Positions 19,709 through 27,921 of a stretch of 64,000 nt of DNA are shown one piece after another. The DNA lies in contig JAILNX010000018.1 in assembly GCA_024691085.1 (NCBI GenBank), positions 28,591 to 92,590 on the forward strand, written 5' to 3'. A program made the translations under genes and the position numbers. The notes below the pieces were generated by a model, which worked only from the letters and a program-made list of their open reading frames with translations, searched no databases and was not told the origin of the DNA. Within the stretch, counting starts at the first letter, position 1. Every line of letters starts with the position of its first letter. Source of the stretch: Clostridiales bacterium. GTDB taxonomy: Bacteria > Bacillota > Clostridia > Christensenellales > CAG-138.

Positions 19709-21370
19709 TCAGTCTTCCTTCCTGCGGAAGATGACTACGCCCGCGCCGGTCGCGATGGCGATGATGCCAAGACCGACAGCGCTTGCAAGACCCTCATGCG
19801 GGGGCTGCGGAGCAACGTACGGGGTAACGATGCCGTTAACAGCCTCGTAACGGATGTTGGCGGGCTCGGTATCGCCGACAGCCATGTAAGCGAACTGATT
19901 GACCTGGACCTCGATCTCGGTATCGGCGGAGAAGTCGGCAGAGGTCCTGAAGGTTACGCTGATGATGACGCCTTCGGCGGATACGGGATCGTCGGCGCAG
20001 ACAAGAGCGATGCGGATGGAGCCGGGAACGGTCTCGTAATCGACGATAACGTTGTTGTCACCGAAGATGGAGCCATTCGTTACGGATACGACGGTGAGAG
20101 CGCTGGTGTCGTAGTTGAGGTAGACGTTGAGGAGGTGAGCCTCATAAGCGCCCTTGATGGTGAAGTCGACGGTGAACTCGGTGTCGGGCTTGACCTGCTC
20201 TTTGCCGCCCATGGTGAAGATCACGGGCTCGGCGGGGCTGATCGTAGCGATGACGTCGGGCTCGACCTCTTCGACAACATACTGAACGGGATTGCCTACG
20301 GTCTCATTCTCTTCGAGGAGCTCGAACTCATTGACCTTGATGCCGATCTTGGTGGGTTCGTCGAACTCGCCGATCACCTTGAAGGTGATGACTACGACGG
20401 AGCCGTCATGCCTCTCGGAAACGATAGGATCGTTGGAGATGATGCCGATCTTGACCTGACCGGGAACGCCCTCGTAATCAATGCTGAGAGTGGCGGCCTC
20501 GCCAAGCTCGGTGAGCATGGAGCCCTTCTCGACGTTAACGACCTGGAGGACTTCCTTGTCGTAAGTGATGATGCCGTTGAAGATGTTGAATGTGAAGTCG
20601 CCGACAAAGCTCAGGGTAAGGGGAACTTCCTGACCGGGCTGAGCGCCTTCATAGCTGTCCATCTTGATGACGACGGTGTCAGCGGGGACCTCGGTGGGAG
20701 CCGCAGTCGGAGCCTCGGTGGGAGCCTCGGTCGGAGCGGTCGTCGGAGCGGTCGTCGGAGCCGTGGTGGGAGCGGTCGTCGGAGCGGTCGTCGGAGCGGT
20801 CGTCGGGGCAGTCGTCGGAGCGGTGGTCGGGGCAGTCGTCGGAGCGGTCGTCGCCTGAGCCTTCATCTTGATCATTCCCGGAACGACCTTGCTGGGGATC
20901 GTCGTAGGAGTGGACACAGGCATATACTGGAACGAATCGATCTCAAGATTGACGGTCTGATCCGTTGTGCAGTCTTCGCTTACGTGGAACTTGATCGTGC
21001 AGAGCGTGCCGCTGCCGGTAAGACAATCATCAGCATAGGGGCAGGTGATACCCAGCTTGGCTCTGCCGGGAGTGGAATTGTCTTTTGTGACCATCCATTC
21101 GTAGTCGGCCGCATTGGCCATAAGCTCGCCGTTAACGATATCGCTCCTCTTCTCGATGGAGAGGTTCGCCGAATCGTAAGTAAAGTAAATGACGAGGATA
21201 TGGCACTGATAATCGCCGTTGATCTTTATCGAGACGTTTACATCAGAACCGGGCTCGACGTTCTCAACGGTCTCAACCGTGAAAGTAACCTCACCGTCGG
21301 CGGAAACGGGAACGGCGAGAATGCCGATCACCATGATCGCAGAGATAAGGAGCGCGAGGAATTTTTTCAT
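19709..21370 (-). CDS. surface protein with three cohesin-like modules, a (TTAP)n linker and a C-terminal membrane anchor
   Basis: Start placed at ATG 21370 (GGAAGGAG Shine-Dalgarno; signal peptide MKKFLALLISAIMVIGILAVPVSA). Three modules of about 150 aa have the cohesin pattern (PG-D/E-V-hydrophobic..., xYD...L.V..V..G..., G.I...., G.V..I.FKV/HV). Ends with a hydrophobic helix plus RRKED. Confidence 0.65.
   Translation of the reverse strand: MKKFLALLISAIMVIGILAVPVSADGEVTFTVETVENVEPGSDVNVSIKINGDYQCHILVIYFTYDSANLSIEKRSDIVNGELMANAADYEWMVTKDNSTPGRAKLGITCPYADDCLTGSGTLCTIKFHVSEDCTTDQTVNLEIDSFQYMPVSTPTTIPSKVVPGMIKMKAQATTAPTTAPTTAPTTAPTTAPTTAPTTAPTTAPTTAPTTAPTEAPTEAPTAAPTEVPADTVVIKMDSYEGAQPGQEVPLTLSFVGDFTFNIFNGIITYDKEVLQVVNVEKGSMLTELGEAATLSIDYEGVPGQVKIGIISNDPIVSERHDGSVVVITFKVIGEFDEPTKIGIKVNEFELLEENETVGNPVQYVVEEVEPDVIATISPAEPVIFTMGGKEQVKPDTEFTVDFTIKGAYEAHLLNVYLNYDTSALTVVSVTNGSIFGDNNVIVDYETVPGSIRIALVCADDPVSAEGVIISVTFRTSADFSADTEIEVQVNQFAYMAVGDTEPANIRYEAVNGIVTPYVAPQPPHEGLASAVGLGIIAIATGAGVVIFRRKED
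20692..20856 (-). repeat. 12-nt tandem repeat (about 13 units) encoding the (TTAP)n/(TEAP) linker
   Basis: GGAGCGGTCGTC-type units are visible on the plus strand; the protein reads QATTAPTTAPTTAP...TEAPTEAPTAAPTEVP. Confidence 0.9.
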
Positions 21371-21474
21371 TTGGGATACTCCTTCCTGAAAGAAAGATTT
21401 CTTGTTGACCGAATGCCCATTCTTGCTGTGCAAAAGCGCAGACCGAATAGACATAGGTACACAATTACGTTGAT

Positions 21475-21503
21475 ACTATATCACACAATCTTTTGACTTG
21501 CAA
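21475..21503 (-). promoter_or_regulatory. sigma-A promoter with extended -10 for the cohesin-module gene
   Basis: Minus strand: TTGCAA (21503-21498), 17 nt spacer, TGaTATAGT (-10 at 21480-21475). Predicts a leader of about 100 nt. Confidence 0.5.
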
Positions 21504-21591
21504 TAGGTAATTATGAAAATAATAAAATATTTTTACGCAATTTATTACCGGCACGCTTATTTTTTGGCAGCATTCCGCCTTGCTTCTGGGT

Positions 21592-22614
21592 CTAATTCGT
21601 AATGTGCGAGGTGCGCCCGCCGTTTTCCACGACGATCCCCTCCGCCCCCTCGACCGCCGAGAGAAGCTCTTTCGCGCCTTCCGTCCCGAGTATGAAGCAC
21701 GCCGTGGAGAGCGCGTCCGCAAGGCAGGCGCCCGTTGTGCCGGGAACGATCACGCTCATGCTCGCGACCTTTTCCGCCGGCATAAGTGTGTCGGGATCGA
21801 TGATATGGCCGTAGTTACGGCCGCCGACTGAGAAGCTCCTTAGGTATGAGCCGCTCGTGGAGAGCGCGGCGTCCGACACGTTTACGGTTTCGGCGAATCC
21901 GTCCGAGAACGGATCTAGTATGCCCGCCGTCCAGCTCTCGCCGCCGGGTTTTTTACCTCCCGCGAGGACGGCGCCGCCGCAGTTCAAAAGAAACGGGTAT
22001 CCCGTCTCGCTCAGTATCTCCGCGGCGCGGTCTGCCGCGTAGCCCTTCGCTATCGCGCCCACGTCTATCCTCATTTCGGGATCGAGAAGCGTGACGGTGT
22101 TCTTTTCGCTATTCAGCACTATCTTATTTATATCACAGTGAGCCGAAGCGGAGATCAGAGCCTCTTTATCGGGTATCGCCGCGTGTCCGGGATCGAGCGC
22201 GGCTTGCTCCCTCGCGTCGTGCCAGAGGGCGAGCACTGCGCCCATGGCGATGTTCAGTTTCCCGTTCGTCAGCTTTTCGTACTCCTTGCCGAGAGCGAGG
22301 AGCTTGATTATCTCGCCTTCTACCGCCGTCTCCTCCCCCGCCATTCGGTTGACGGATGCAAGGTTGATAATGCCTTCGTATTCATTATAGACGTCGAAAA
22401 GCCTGTGGTACCTTTGGAAGCATTCCTCCGTTTTCCTGCTCGCCGCGTCAAAGGCGGCGCGGTCGGGGGCGTATGCCGTAAGGGTGATGACCGTATCGAA
22501 ATAGTCGAACCACGAAATGCTGAACCTCGTTTCCTTCGGTATGCAGGAAACGAGCGGCATAAGCATCGCGGCGAGGAGCAGCGCGGATATGATTCTTAAA
22601 AGCGATCTCTTCAT
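21592..22614 (-). CDS. apbE: FAD:protein FMN transferase (ApbE family) lipoprotein
   Basis: ApbE-like sequence (AIAKGYAADRAAEIL, GGAVLAGG). Start chosen at ATG 22614, giving lipoprotein signal MKRSLLRIISALLLAAMLMPLVSC. Start uncertain because there is no clear Shine-Dalgarno. Confidence 0.82.
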   Translation of the reverse strand: MKRSLLRIISALLLAAMLMPLVSCIPKETRFSISWFDYFDTVITLTAYAPDRAAFDAASRKTEECFQRYHRLFDVYNEYEGIINLASVNRMAGEETAVEGEIIKLLALGKEYEKLTNGKLNIAMGAVLALWHDAREQAALDPGHAAIPDKEALISASAHCDINKIVLNSEKNTVTLLDPEMRIDVGAIAKGYAADRAAEILSETGYPFLLNCGGAVLAGGKKPGGESWTAGILDPFSDGFAETVNVSDAALSTSGSYLRSFSVGGRNYGHIIDPDTLMPAEKVASMSVIVPGTTGACLADALSTACFILGTEGAKELLSAVEGAEGIVVENGGRTSHITN

Positions 22615-22709
22615 TAATAAAGATGCGGGCTGTCGGGTACAAAGTGCTGTTTGCATCCGGCAGCCGTTCGTTCAATTATTCGTTTCTGTTTTTACGTGGC
22701 TTCGGAAGG

Positions 22710-24266
22710 TCATCTTCTGCCGTAGCTTCCGTATCTGCCGTAGCTTCCGTATCTGCCGTAGCTTCCGTACCTGCCGTAGCTTCCGTATCTGCCGTAGCCC
22801 TTCTTCCCGTATCTGCCGTACCTGCCGTAGCCGTATGAGCCGCCGGAGGCGCTTGCGTTATTCAGCACGTAGCCGATGAACGGCGTGCTGCTCGTGGACA
22901 GGTGGTTGATGCCGTCGACTATGCTGTTCCTTCTTGTATAGCCCTGACGGATGACGTAGATCATACAGTCGGCGTAGTCGGAAAGCACGACTGCGTCTGC
23001 GATTATCGAGGACGGCGGCGTATCGATCACAACGTAATCGGCAGCGGTCCTCAGATCGTCGATCAGCGCCTTCATGCGGTCGGTGCCGAGAAGCTCGGCA
23101 GCAGCGTCGGATGGCTCTTTCGCGTTAATAACGATAAGGTTGTCAGCGGCAAGGCTTATGATATCCTCGACGGAGGCGTTGCCCCTTAAGTACTCGATAA
23201 TATCGGCTTTGCTCTCCTTCGCCATCTCGGCAAGGGACGAGGGCTTCCTTATATCGCAGTCGACGAGCGCGGTCCTCTTGCCCTCATGCGCAAGCGCCAT
23301 GGCAAGGTTCGTCGCAACGGTCGTCTTTCCTTCGCCGGGCATAGAGCTCGCGACGAGTATCACGCTGTAGCCGTTCTCGGAGCAGAACCTCTCTGTTCTT
23401 GACCTTAAAAGCCTGATCGAGTCGGCGAAATCCTTGGAAACGTTGGGATTGACGAACTCGATGACGGTGCCCGTTCCCCTGCGTCTGCGGCCGACGTCGG
23501 GGATGTTGCCGAGCAGGCGGATATTGAGGAGCGACTTGATGTCGTCGGAGTTCCTCACGCTGTTGTTGAGGAGCGTAACGACCGTGATAAATGCGAGTCC
23601 TAAAAGGAGTCCCGCGCCGAGGCCGATAAGGATCTGGCGCCTGAAGGACATATTGTTGACCGGACTTTCGGGGATGTTCGGCTCGGAAACGATCGAGAGC
23701 GTCGTGCTTCCGATGACGAAGTCCGCTACCCTCGGATAGTTCGCGATGGCGGATTTGAGAACGTTATACGCCATCTGCGGGGTATTGGCCTCGACGGTGA
23801 TGGTGAAGAGGTTGGTCTCGCCTATCGCCTCCGCGGTGATCTTCGATTCCAGCTTCGAAAGGCCGAGGTCCTGGCGGATAAGATTGTTGAGAGCGTCGCT
23901 TTCGAGAATATAGGGAAGCGTGAACGAAAGCTGTTTCGCGAGGTTGACGGAATATGTCGCGCTCACTCCCCTGTTTGCGTTTTCAACGTTGACGGTGAAC
24001 GTTGACGACGAGCGGAACTTCGGCTGATAGGCGGTTTTCGCCCACAGGAGCACCGCAAGCACCGAAACGACGACGAGCGCTATCGGGATGAGATACATCC
24101 TCTTGAGCGTTCTGAAAAAATCGGGGATGAACTTTTTAAGATCGAATTCGCGCGCGGCGGCGTTTCCGGACTCGCTCACGGGAGAGTATTCGCCCCCTTC
24201 GTTCTCGGGCCTCGGCCTGTTGATCCTGTCCTGACCGTTGTTTGCGTATGAGTTATCGCTGTTCAT
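22710..24266 (-). CDS. fused Wzz-type chain-length determinant / BY-kinase (polysaccharide tyrosine autokinase), downstream paralog
   Basis: 518 aa ORF with two TM segments flanking a Wzz-like domain. Walker A SSMPGEGKTTVATNLA, Walker A-prime LVDCDIRKP, Walker B YVVIDTPP. The C-terminal tail has 13 Tyr, all in YG dipeptides. Confidence 0.85.
   Translation of the reverse strand: MNSDNSYANNGQDRINRPRPENEGGEYSPVSESGNAAAREFDLKKFIPDFFRTLKRMYLIPIALVVVSVLAVLLWAKTAYQPKFRSSSTFTVNVENANRGVSATYSVNLAKQLSFTLPYILESDALNNLIRQDLGLSKLESKITAEAIGETNLFTITVEANTPQMAYNVLKSAIANYPRVADFVIGSTTLSIVSEPNIPESPVNNMSFRRQILIGLGAGLLLGLAFITVVTLLNNSVRNSDDIKSLLNIRLLGNIPDVGRRRRGTGTVIEFVNPNVSKDFADSIRLLRSRTERFCSENGYSVILVASSMPGEGKTTVATNLAMALAHEGKRTALVDCDIRKPSSLAEMAKESKADIIEYLRGNASVEDIISLAADNLIVINAKEPSDAAAELLGTDRMKALIDDLRTAADYVVIDTPPSSIIADAVVLSDYADCMIYVIRQGYTRRNSIVDGINHLSTSSTPFIGYVLNNASASGGSYGYGRYGRYGKKGYGRYGSYGRYGSYGRYGSYGRYGSYGRR
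22719..22835 (-). repeat. 18-nt tandem repeat encoding the (RYGSYG)n tyrosine tail
   Basis: GCCGTAGCTTCCGTATCT repeats four times head to tail from 22719, followed by degenerate copies. Confidence 0.9.
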
Positions 24267-24278
24267 CTTGGCACCCTC

Positions 24279-25898
24279 TTAATTCTTATCGGATCCTGCG
24301 TCGAGGTCTTTCCCCTCGTTAGTTCCGTTCGCCTGGCGGTTCTCTCTGCGTGAGCCGTAGCTGCCGTAGCCGCCGTAGCTGCCGTAATTGCCGTAGCTGC
24401 CGTAGCCGCCGCCATATCCGCCGTAGCCCCTGCGGCTGTCGCCATAGCCTGCGCCGTACTGCCTGTTCGAATAGTTTGATTCGTAGCCTGAGCCGGAACG
24501 CGAGATCCCGAACAGGTCGACGGAGCGCACGTTGTTGAATATGCATCCGAGAACGTCGGCGCCGCTCGCGGTGAGCGAATCGATGCTGTCATTGATCTTG
24601 GCGGCTCTCGCGCAGCCCTGCTTGATAACGAGGATCGCGCAGTCCGAAAGCTCGGCAAAGCATTCCGCGTCGCCCGCAAGAGCGACGGGCGGAGTGTCGA
24701 TAACGATGTAGTCAAAGCATTCCCTCGCCCTGTCGATGAACGACTTCATCTCGGCGGAACCGATGACTTCGGCAGAATCGGGAACGGACGTCTTTCCGAG
24801 CATAAGCTTAAGGGCGGGAGCGCCATCGTAAGAGGGCAGATCGTCGGGAGAGAAGCTCCTCGCGATCGCCTCGTTCACCGCAGTGCCCCTCTGCACCTTG
24901 GCGTCAAGCACCTTATAAAGCGCTGGCTTTAGCATATCGCCGTCGATGAGGAGCGTCTTTTTGTTGTTCATGGCGAGCGTAAGGGCGATATTCGCGGCGG
25001 TCGTCGTTTTGCCCTCGTTCTCGAACACGGACGAGACCATGAGCACCTTGTACTTCTTCTGCTTCATTATGTATTCAAGGCGCGTCCTGAACAGACGGTA
25101 GGTCTCCGCGAACTTGAAGCTCGTAGTCGGATTCACGATGAGCATGCTCTGTTTTTCGCCGTGCAGCCTTGCCTTGAGCGAAAGATTCTTGCGCTCGTGA
25201 GAGATCGTCGCGAGGTTGGGGCAGTCGACGCGTTTATCGAGATCCCTTTCGGTCATGACGTCGTCGCCAAGAAGCGTCATGGCTGCGATGACAGCCGCTA
25301 TCACCACCGCTGTCGCCGCGGCGGTAATGATGCCGTATTTCAGTCTCTGCGCCGTATTGACCGGCGTGATCGGGATGGTGGGCGCCTTAAGAACGTCGAG
25401 AACGGCGTCGCCGAGGATATTTTCGGAGACCAGACCGTGATACTTGATTATGCCCGTCATCTCGTCGAACGCGATCTTCGGAGAAGAGGCTTTTACGCCT
25501 ATCTGGATGAGGTTGGTGTTTTCGATGCTCTTTGCCGTGATGGTCCCGTCAAACTTCTTCATGCCTAGCGAATCGGCGATCTTCTGCTTGAGAGCGGGAC
25601 TTCTCATGACGTACTTGAAGGATTCCGCAAGCCTCGACGCGATGACGAGGTTCGAATAGACCTGATCCGAGCCGCCGTCCTTGCTTGATACAACGAGGGT
25701 GGATTCGGTATAGTACTGCGGGGTGTACGTTTCGGAAATGACGACGTAGCTGATGAGCGCTGCGATGAACGCGCCGATCAGTATGACCCACCAGTTCTTG
25801 ACGATATTGTAGATAACGACGCGCAGATCGGCCGTATCCTCGTCGGGGCGGATTCTCTGAACGTTGTTCAGATTGACGTTGTTTTCGTATGCTGCCAT
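24279..25898 (-). CDS. fused Wzz-type / BY-kinase, upstream paralog
   Basis: 539 aa ORF with the same architecture. Walker A SSVFENEGKTTTAANIA, Walker A-prime-like LIDGDMLKP (Leu where Arg is expected), Walker B YIVIDTPP. The G/S/Y-rich tail has 12 Tyr and is followed by a hydrophilic extension. Confidence 0.8.
   Translation of the reverse strand: MAAYENNVNLNNVQRIRPDEDTADLRVVIYNIVKNWWVILIGAFIAALISYVVISETYTPQYYTESTLVVSSKDGGSDQVYSNLVIASRLAESFKYVMRSPALKQKIADSLGMKKFDGTITAKSIENTNLIQIGVKASSPKIAFDEMTGIIKYHGLVSENILGDAVLDVLKAPTIPITPVNTAQRLKYGIITAAATAVVIAAVIAAMTLLGDDVMTERDLDKRVDCPNLATISHERKNLSLKARLHGEKQSMLIVNPTTSFKFAETYRLFRTRLEYIMKQKKYKVLMVSSVFENEGKTTTAANIALTLAMNNKKTLLIDGDMLKPALYKVLDAKVQRGTAVNEAIARSFSPDDLPSYDGAPALKLMLGKTSVPDSAEVIGSAEMKSFIDRARECFDYIVIDTPPVALAGDAECFAELSDCAILVIKQGCARAAKINDSIDSLTASGADVLGCIFNNVRSVDLFGISRSGSGYESNYSNRQYGAGYGDSRRGYGGYGGGYGSYGNYGSYGGYGSYGSRRENRQANGTNEGKDLDAGSDKN
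24353..24430 (-). repeat. 9-nt periodic repeat encoding the (G/S)YG tail of the upstream kinase
   Basis: Iterations of GCCGTAGCT / GCCGTAGCC units. Confidence 0.8.
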
Positions 25899-26779
25899 CA
25901 GTCATTCACCCCCGTTACCACGACGAGCAGCACCGCGGAACCGATGTAATCGTCCTTATTACTGCAGGTAAACAGAATCTTGTAGACGCCGGGGACGCTG
26001 TAGTTGATGCCGACGTCGTCGACCTTGAGCTCGCCCTCCGTGTATTCGTCCACGGTATAGGACACGCCGCCGAGCGTGATCCCCTTGACGTAGCTCATGG
26101 GATCGATACTGCCGGACCCGTCGGCGTAGACAACGTACTCGGAAAGGTTGATGACCGGAGTCATCCTTATTTCGGTATATGTCCTGTTGTACACAACGAT
26201 CTCGGTCTCGAGGAGCGCCACATCGCCCAAGCTGTTCGTGACCTTGAACTCAACGCGGTGCGTGCCGACGGACTTGAAATTGTCCTCGGGATTTGCGAGA
26301 TTCATAAGGATCCTGTCGGAGATATCGCCGTCAACGCAGTCGAATGCCTTGACGACCTTCAGAGGATTGAAGGTGGACGAATAACTGAACTCGAGCGGAG
26401 CGGTGATCACAAACCTCGGTGGAACGTAATCCGTAAGGAAGACGTGCCTCGAGACCTTCGTGACGTGGTTCGCGGAATCGAACGCCGCGTAAGTGACGAT
26501 GCAGTGCCTGTCCTCAACGAACTGGGACACGCTCTCGACGACGAGGCTCTTCGTGACGTCGCCGTCCTCCGGATCCGTCGCGGTCACGTCGCTGAGCAGC
26601 AGGCTGTAGTCGGAAAGCGCCTCGACGCCGACGGAAAGCGAGTCCGTCGGGCAGTTGATCGCGGGCCTGCCGTTGGTCTTGGAATACCTCTCGCGCCAGA
26701 TATAGACGCCGAACGCGGCAGATACCACGACGAGCGCGACCAGCATGACAATCAGTAATGTCTTCCGTGATTTTTTCAT
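25898..26779 (-). CDS. signal-anchored protein with Ig-like (DUF5011-like) repeats, first gene of the kinase operon
   Basis: Start at ATG 26779 (AAGGAAGGAAC Shine-Dalgarno), MKKSRKTLLIVMLVALVVVSAAF anchor. Repeated A.D..DGD(V/I)(T/S) motifs (ATDPEDGDVTKS, AFDCVDGDISDR). The tracked 575 aa ORF is an artefactual upstream extension running through galE. Confidence 0.6.
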   Translation of the reverse strand: MKKSRKTLLIVMLVALVVVSAAFGVYIWRERYSKTNGRPAINCPTDSLSVGVEALSDYSLLLSDVTATDPEDGDVTKSLVVESVSQFVEDRHCIVTYAAFDSANHVTKVSRHVFLTDYVPPRFVITAPLEFSYSSTFNPLKVVKAFDCVDGDISDRILMNLANPEDNFKSVGTHRVEFKVTNSLGDVALLETEIVVYNRTYTEIRMTPVINLSEYVVYADGSGSIDPMSYVKGITLGGVSYTVDEYTEGELKVDDVGINYSVPGVYKILFTCSNKDDYIGSAVLLVVVTGVND

Positions 26780-26831
26780 TGTTCCTTCCTTAAATCGCTC
26801 CGGCGATCCCTGTTGATATGTCAATCGAAAT

Positions 26832-26860
26832 ATTATAGCATGACGGGCGGTGGTTGTCCA
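26832..26860 (-). promoter_or_regulatory. sigma-A promoter of the Ig-like/kinase/kinase operon
   Basis: Minus strand: TGGACA (26860-26855), 17 nt spacer, TATAAT (26837-26832). Confidence 0.55.
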
Positions 26861-26868
26861 CTCCGTTT

Positions 26869-27903
26869 TTAATCCGCGTAGCCGCGGGGGTTCGACTTCT
26901 GCCAGTTCCAGCTGTCGCGGCACATCTCGAAAATGCCGTATTCCGCTTTCCAGCCGAGCTCGGTCATTGCCTTCTGCGGCGCGGAATAGCACACGGCGAC
27001 GTCGCCGGGACGCCTCGGGTCGATCACGTACGGGATCTTTACGCCGTTTGCCTTCTCGAAGGCGTTCACGATGTCGAACACGCTGTAGCCCGTGCCCGTG
27101 CCGAGGTTGTAGACGCCGACTCCGCACTTGTTCTTTATCGCCTCGAGCGCGCGAACGTGACCGCGCGCAAGATCGACGACGTGGATATAGTCCCTTACGC
27201 CCGTGCCGTCGTGGGTATCGTAGTCGTTCCCGAACACGTGGAGCTTCTCGAGCTTGCCCACAGCGACCTGCGTTATGTAGGGCATGAGGTTGTTCGGGAT
27301 GCCATTGGGATCCTCGCCGATTAGTCCGGACGGGTGCGCGCCGATTGGATTGAAGTAGCGTAAGAGCACCGCGTTCCACGGGTCGGCGTCGCCGTTCTTG
27401 ACGTCGGCGGTATGAAGATCGGTCAGGATCTGCTCGATCATCCACTTCGTCCAGCCGTAGGGATTCGTGCACATGCCCTTGGGGCATTCCTCCGTGATGG
27501 GGATCATGGCGGGATCGCCGTAGACCGTAGCGGAGGAGCTGAAGATGATGTTCTTCAAACCGTGCTTTCTCATCACGTCGACGAGCACGAGGGTGCCGCC
27601 TATGTTGTTTTCGTAGTACTCCCAAGGCTTAACGACCGATTCGCCGACTGCCTTAAGACCGGCGAAATGTATACAGCAGTCGAAGGTATGCTCCGAGAAG
27701 ACCTTCTCGAGCCCTTCCCTGTCCCTTATATCGATCTTATAGAAAGGCACCTCTGTGCCGGTTATCTTCGCGACGCGGCGCAGGGATTCCTCGCTTGAAT
27801 TTGAAAGGTTGTCGACGACCACGGCGGTATGTCCGGCGTTGATGAGCTCGACTATCGTGTGGGAACCTATGTATCCCGCGCCTCCTGTAACTAGTATCTT
27901 CAT
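26869..27903 (-). CDS. galE: UDP-glucose 4-epimerase
   Basis: 344 aa [18 protein letters not shown], YxxxK ([10 protein letters not shown]), typical GalE C-terminus. Confidence 0.93.
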   Translation of the reverse strand: MKILVTGGAGYIGSHTIVELINAGHTAVVVDNLSNSSEESLRRVAKITGTEVPFYKIDIRDREGLEKVFSEHTFDCCIHFAGLKAVGESVVKPWEYYENNIGGTLVLVDVMRKHGLKNIIFSSSATVYGDPAMIPITEECPKGMCTNPYGWTKWMIEQILTDLHTADVKNGDADPWNAVLLRYFNPIGAHPSGLIGEDPNGIPNNLMPYITQVAVGKLEKLHVFGNDYDTHDGTGVRDYIHVVDLARGHVRALEAIKNKCGVGVYNLGTGTGYSVFDIVNAFEKANGVKIPYVIDPRRPGDVAVCYSAPQKAMTELGWKAEYGIFEMCRDSWNWQKSNPRGYAD

Positions 27904-27921
27904 ATTATCCTCCTTTTTGGT

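Noticed and set aside
20692-20856. Short tandem repeats (12-nt, 18-nt and 9-nt arrays at 20692-20856, 22719-22835 and 24353-24430), considered as possible CRISPR or non-coding satellite arrays.
   Set aside because: The units are contiguous without spacers, are multiples of 3, and lie inside ORFs where they encode TTAP linkers and YG tails. There are no cas genes.
25898-27625. 575-aa tracked ORF spanning the Ig-like gene and most of galE.
   Set aside because: The N-terminal 280 residues are an R-rich alternative frame of galE and run across a consensus promoter. A Shine-Dalgarno plus ATG at 26779, followed by a signal anchor, marks the real start.
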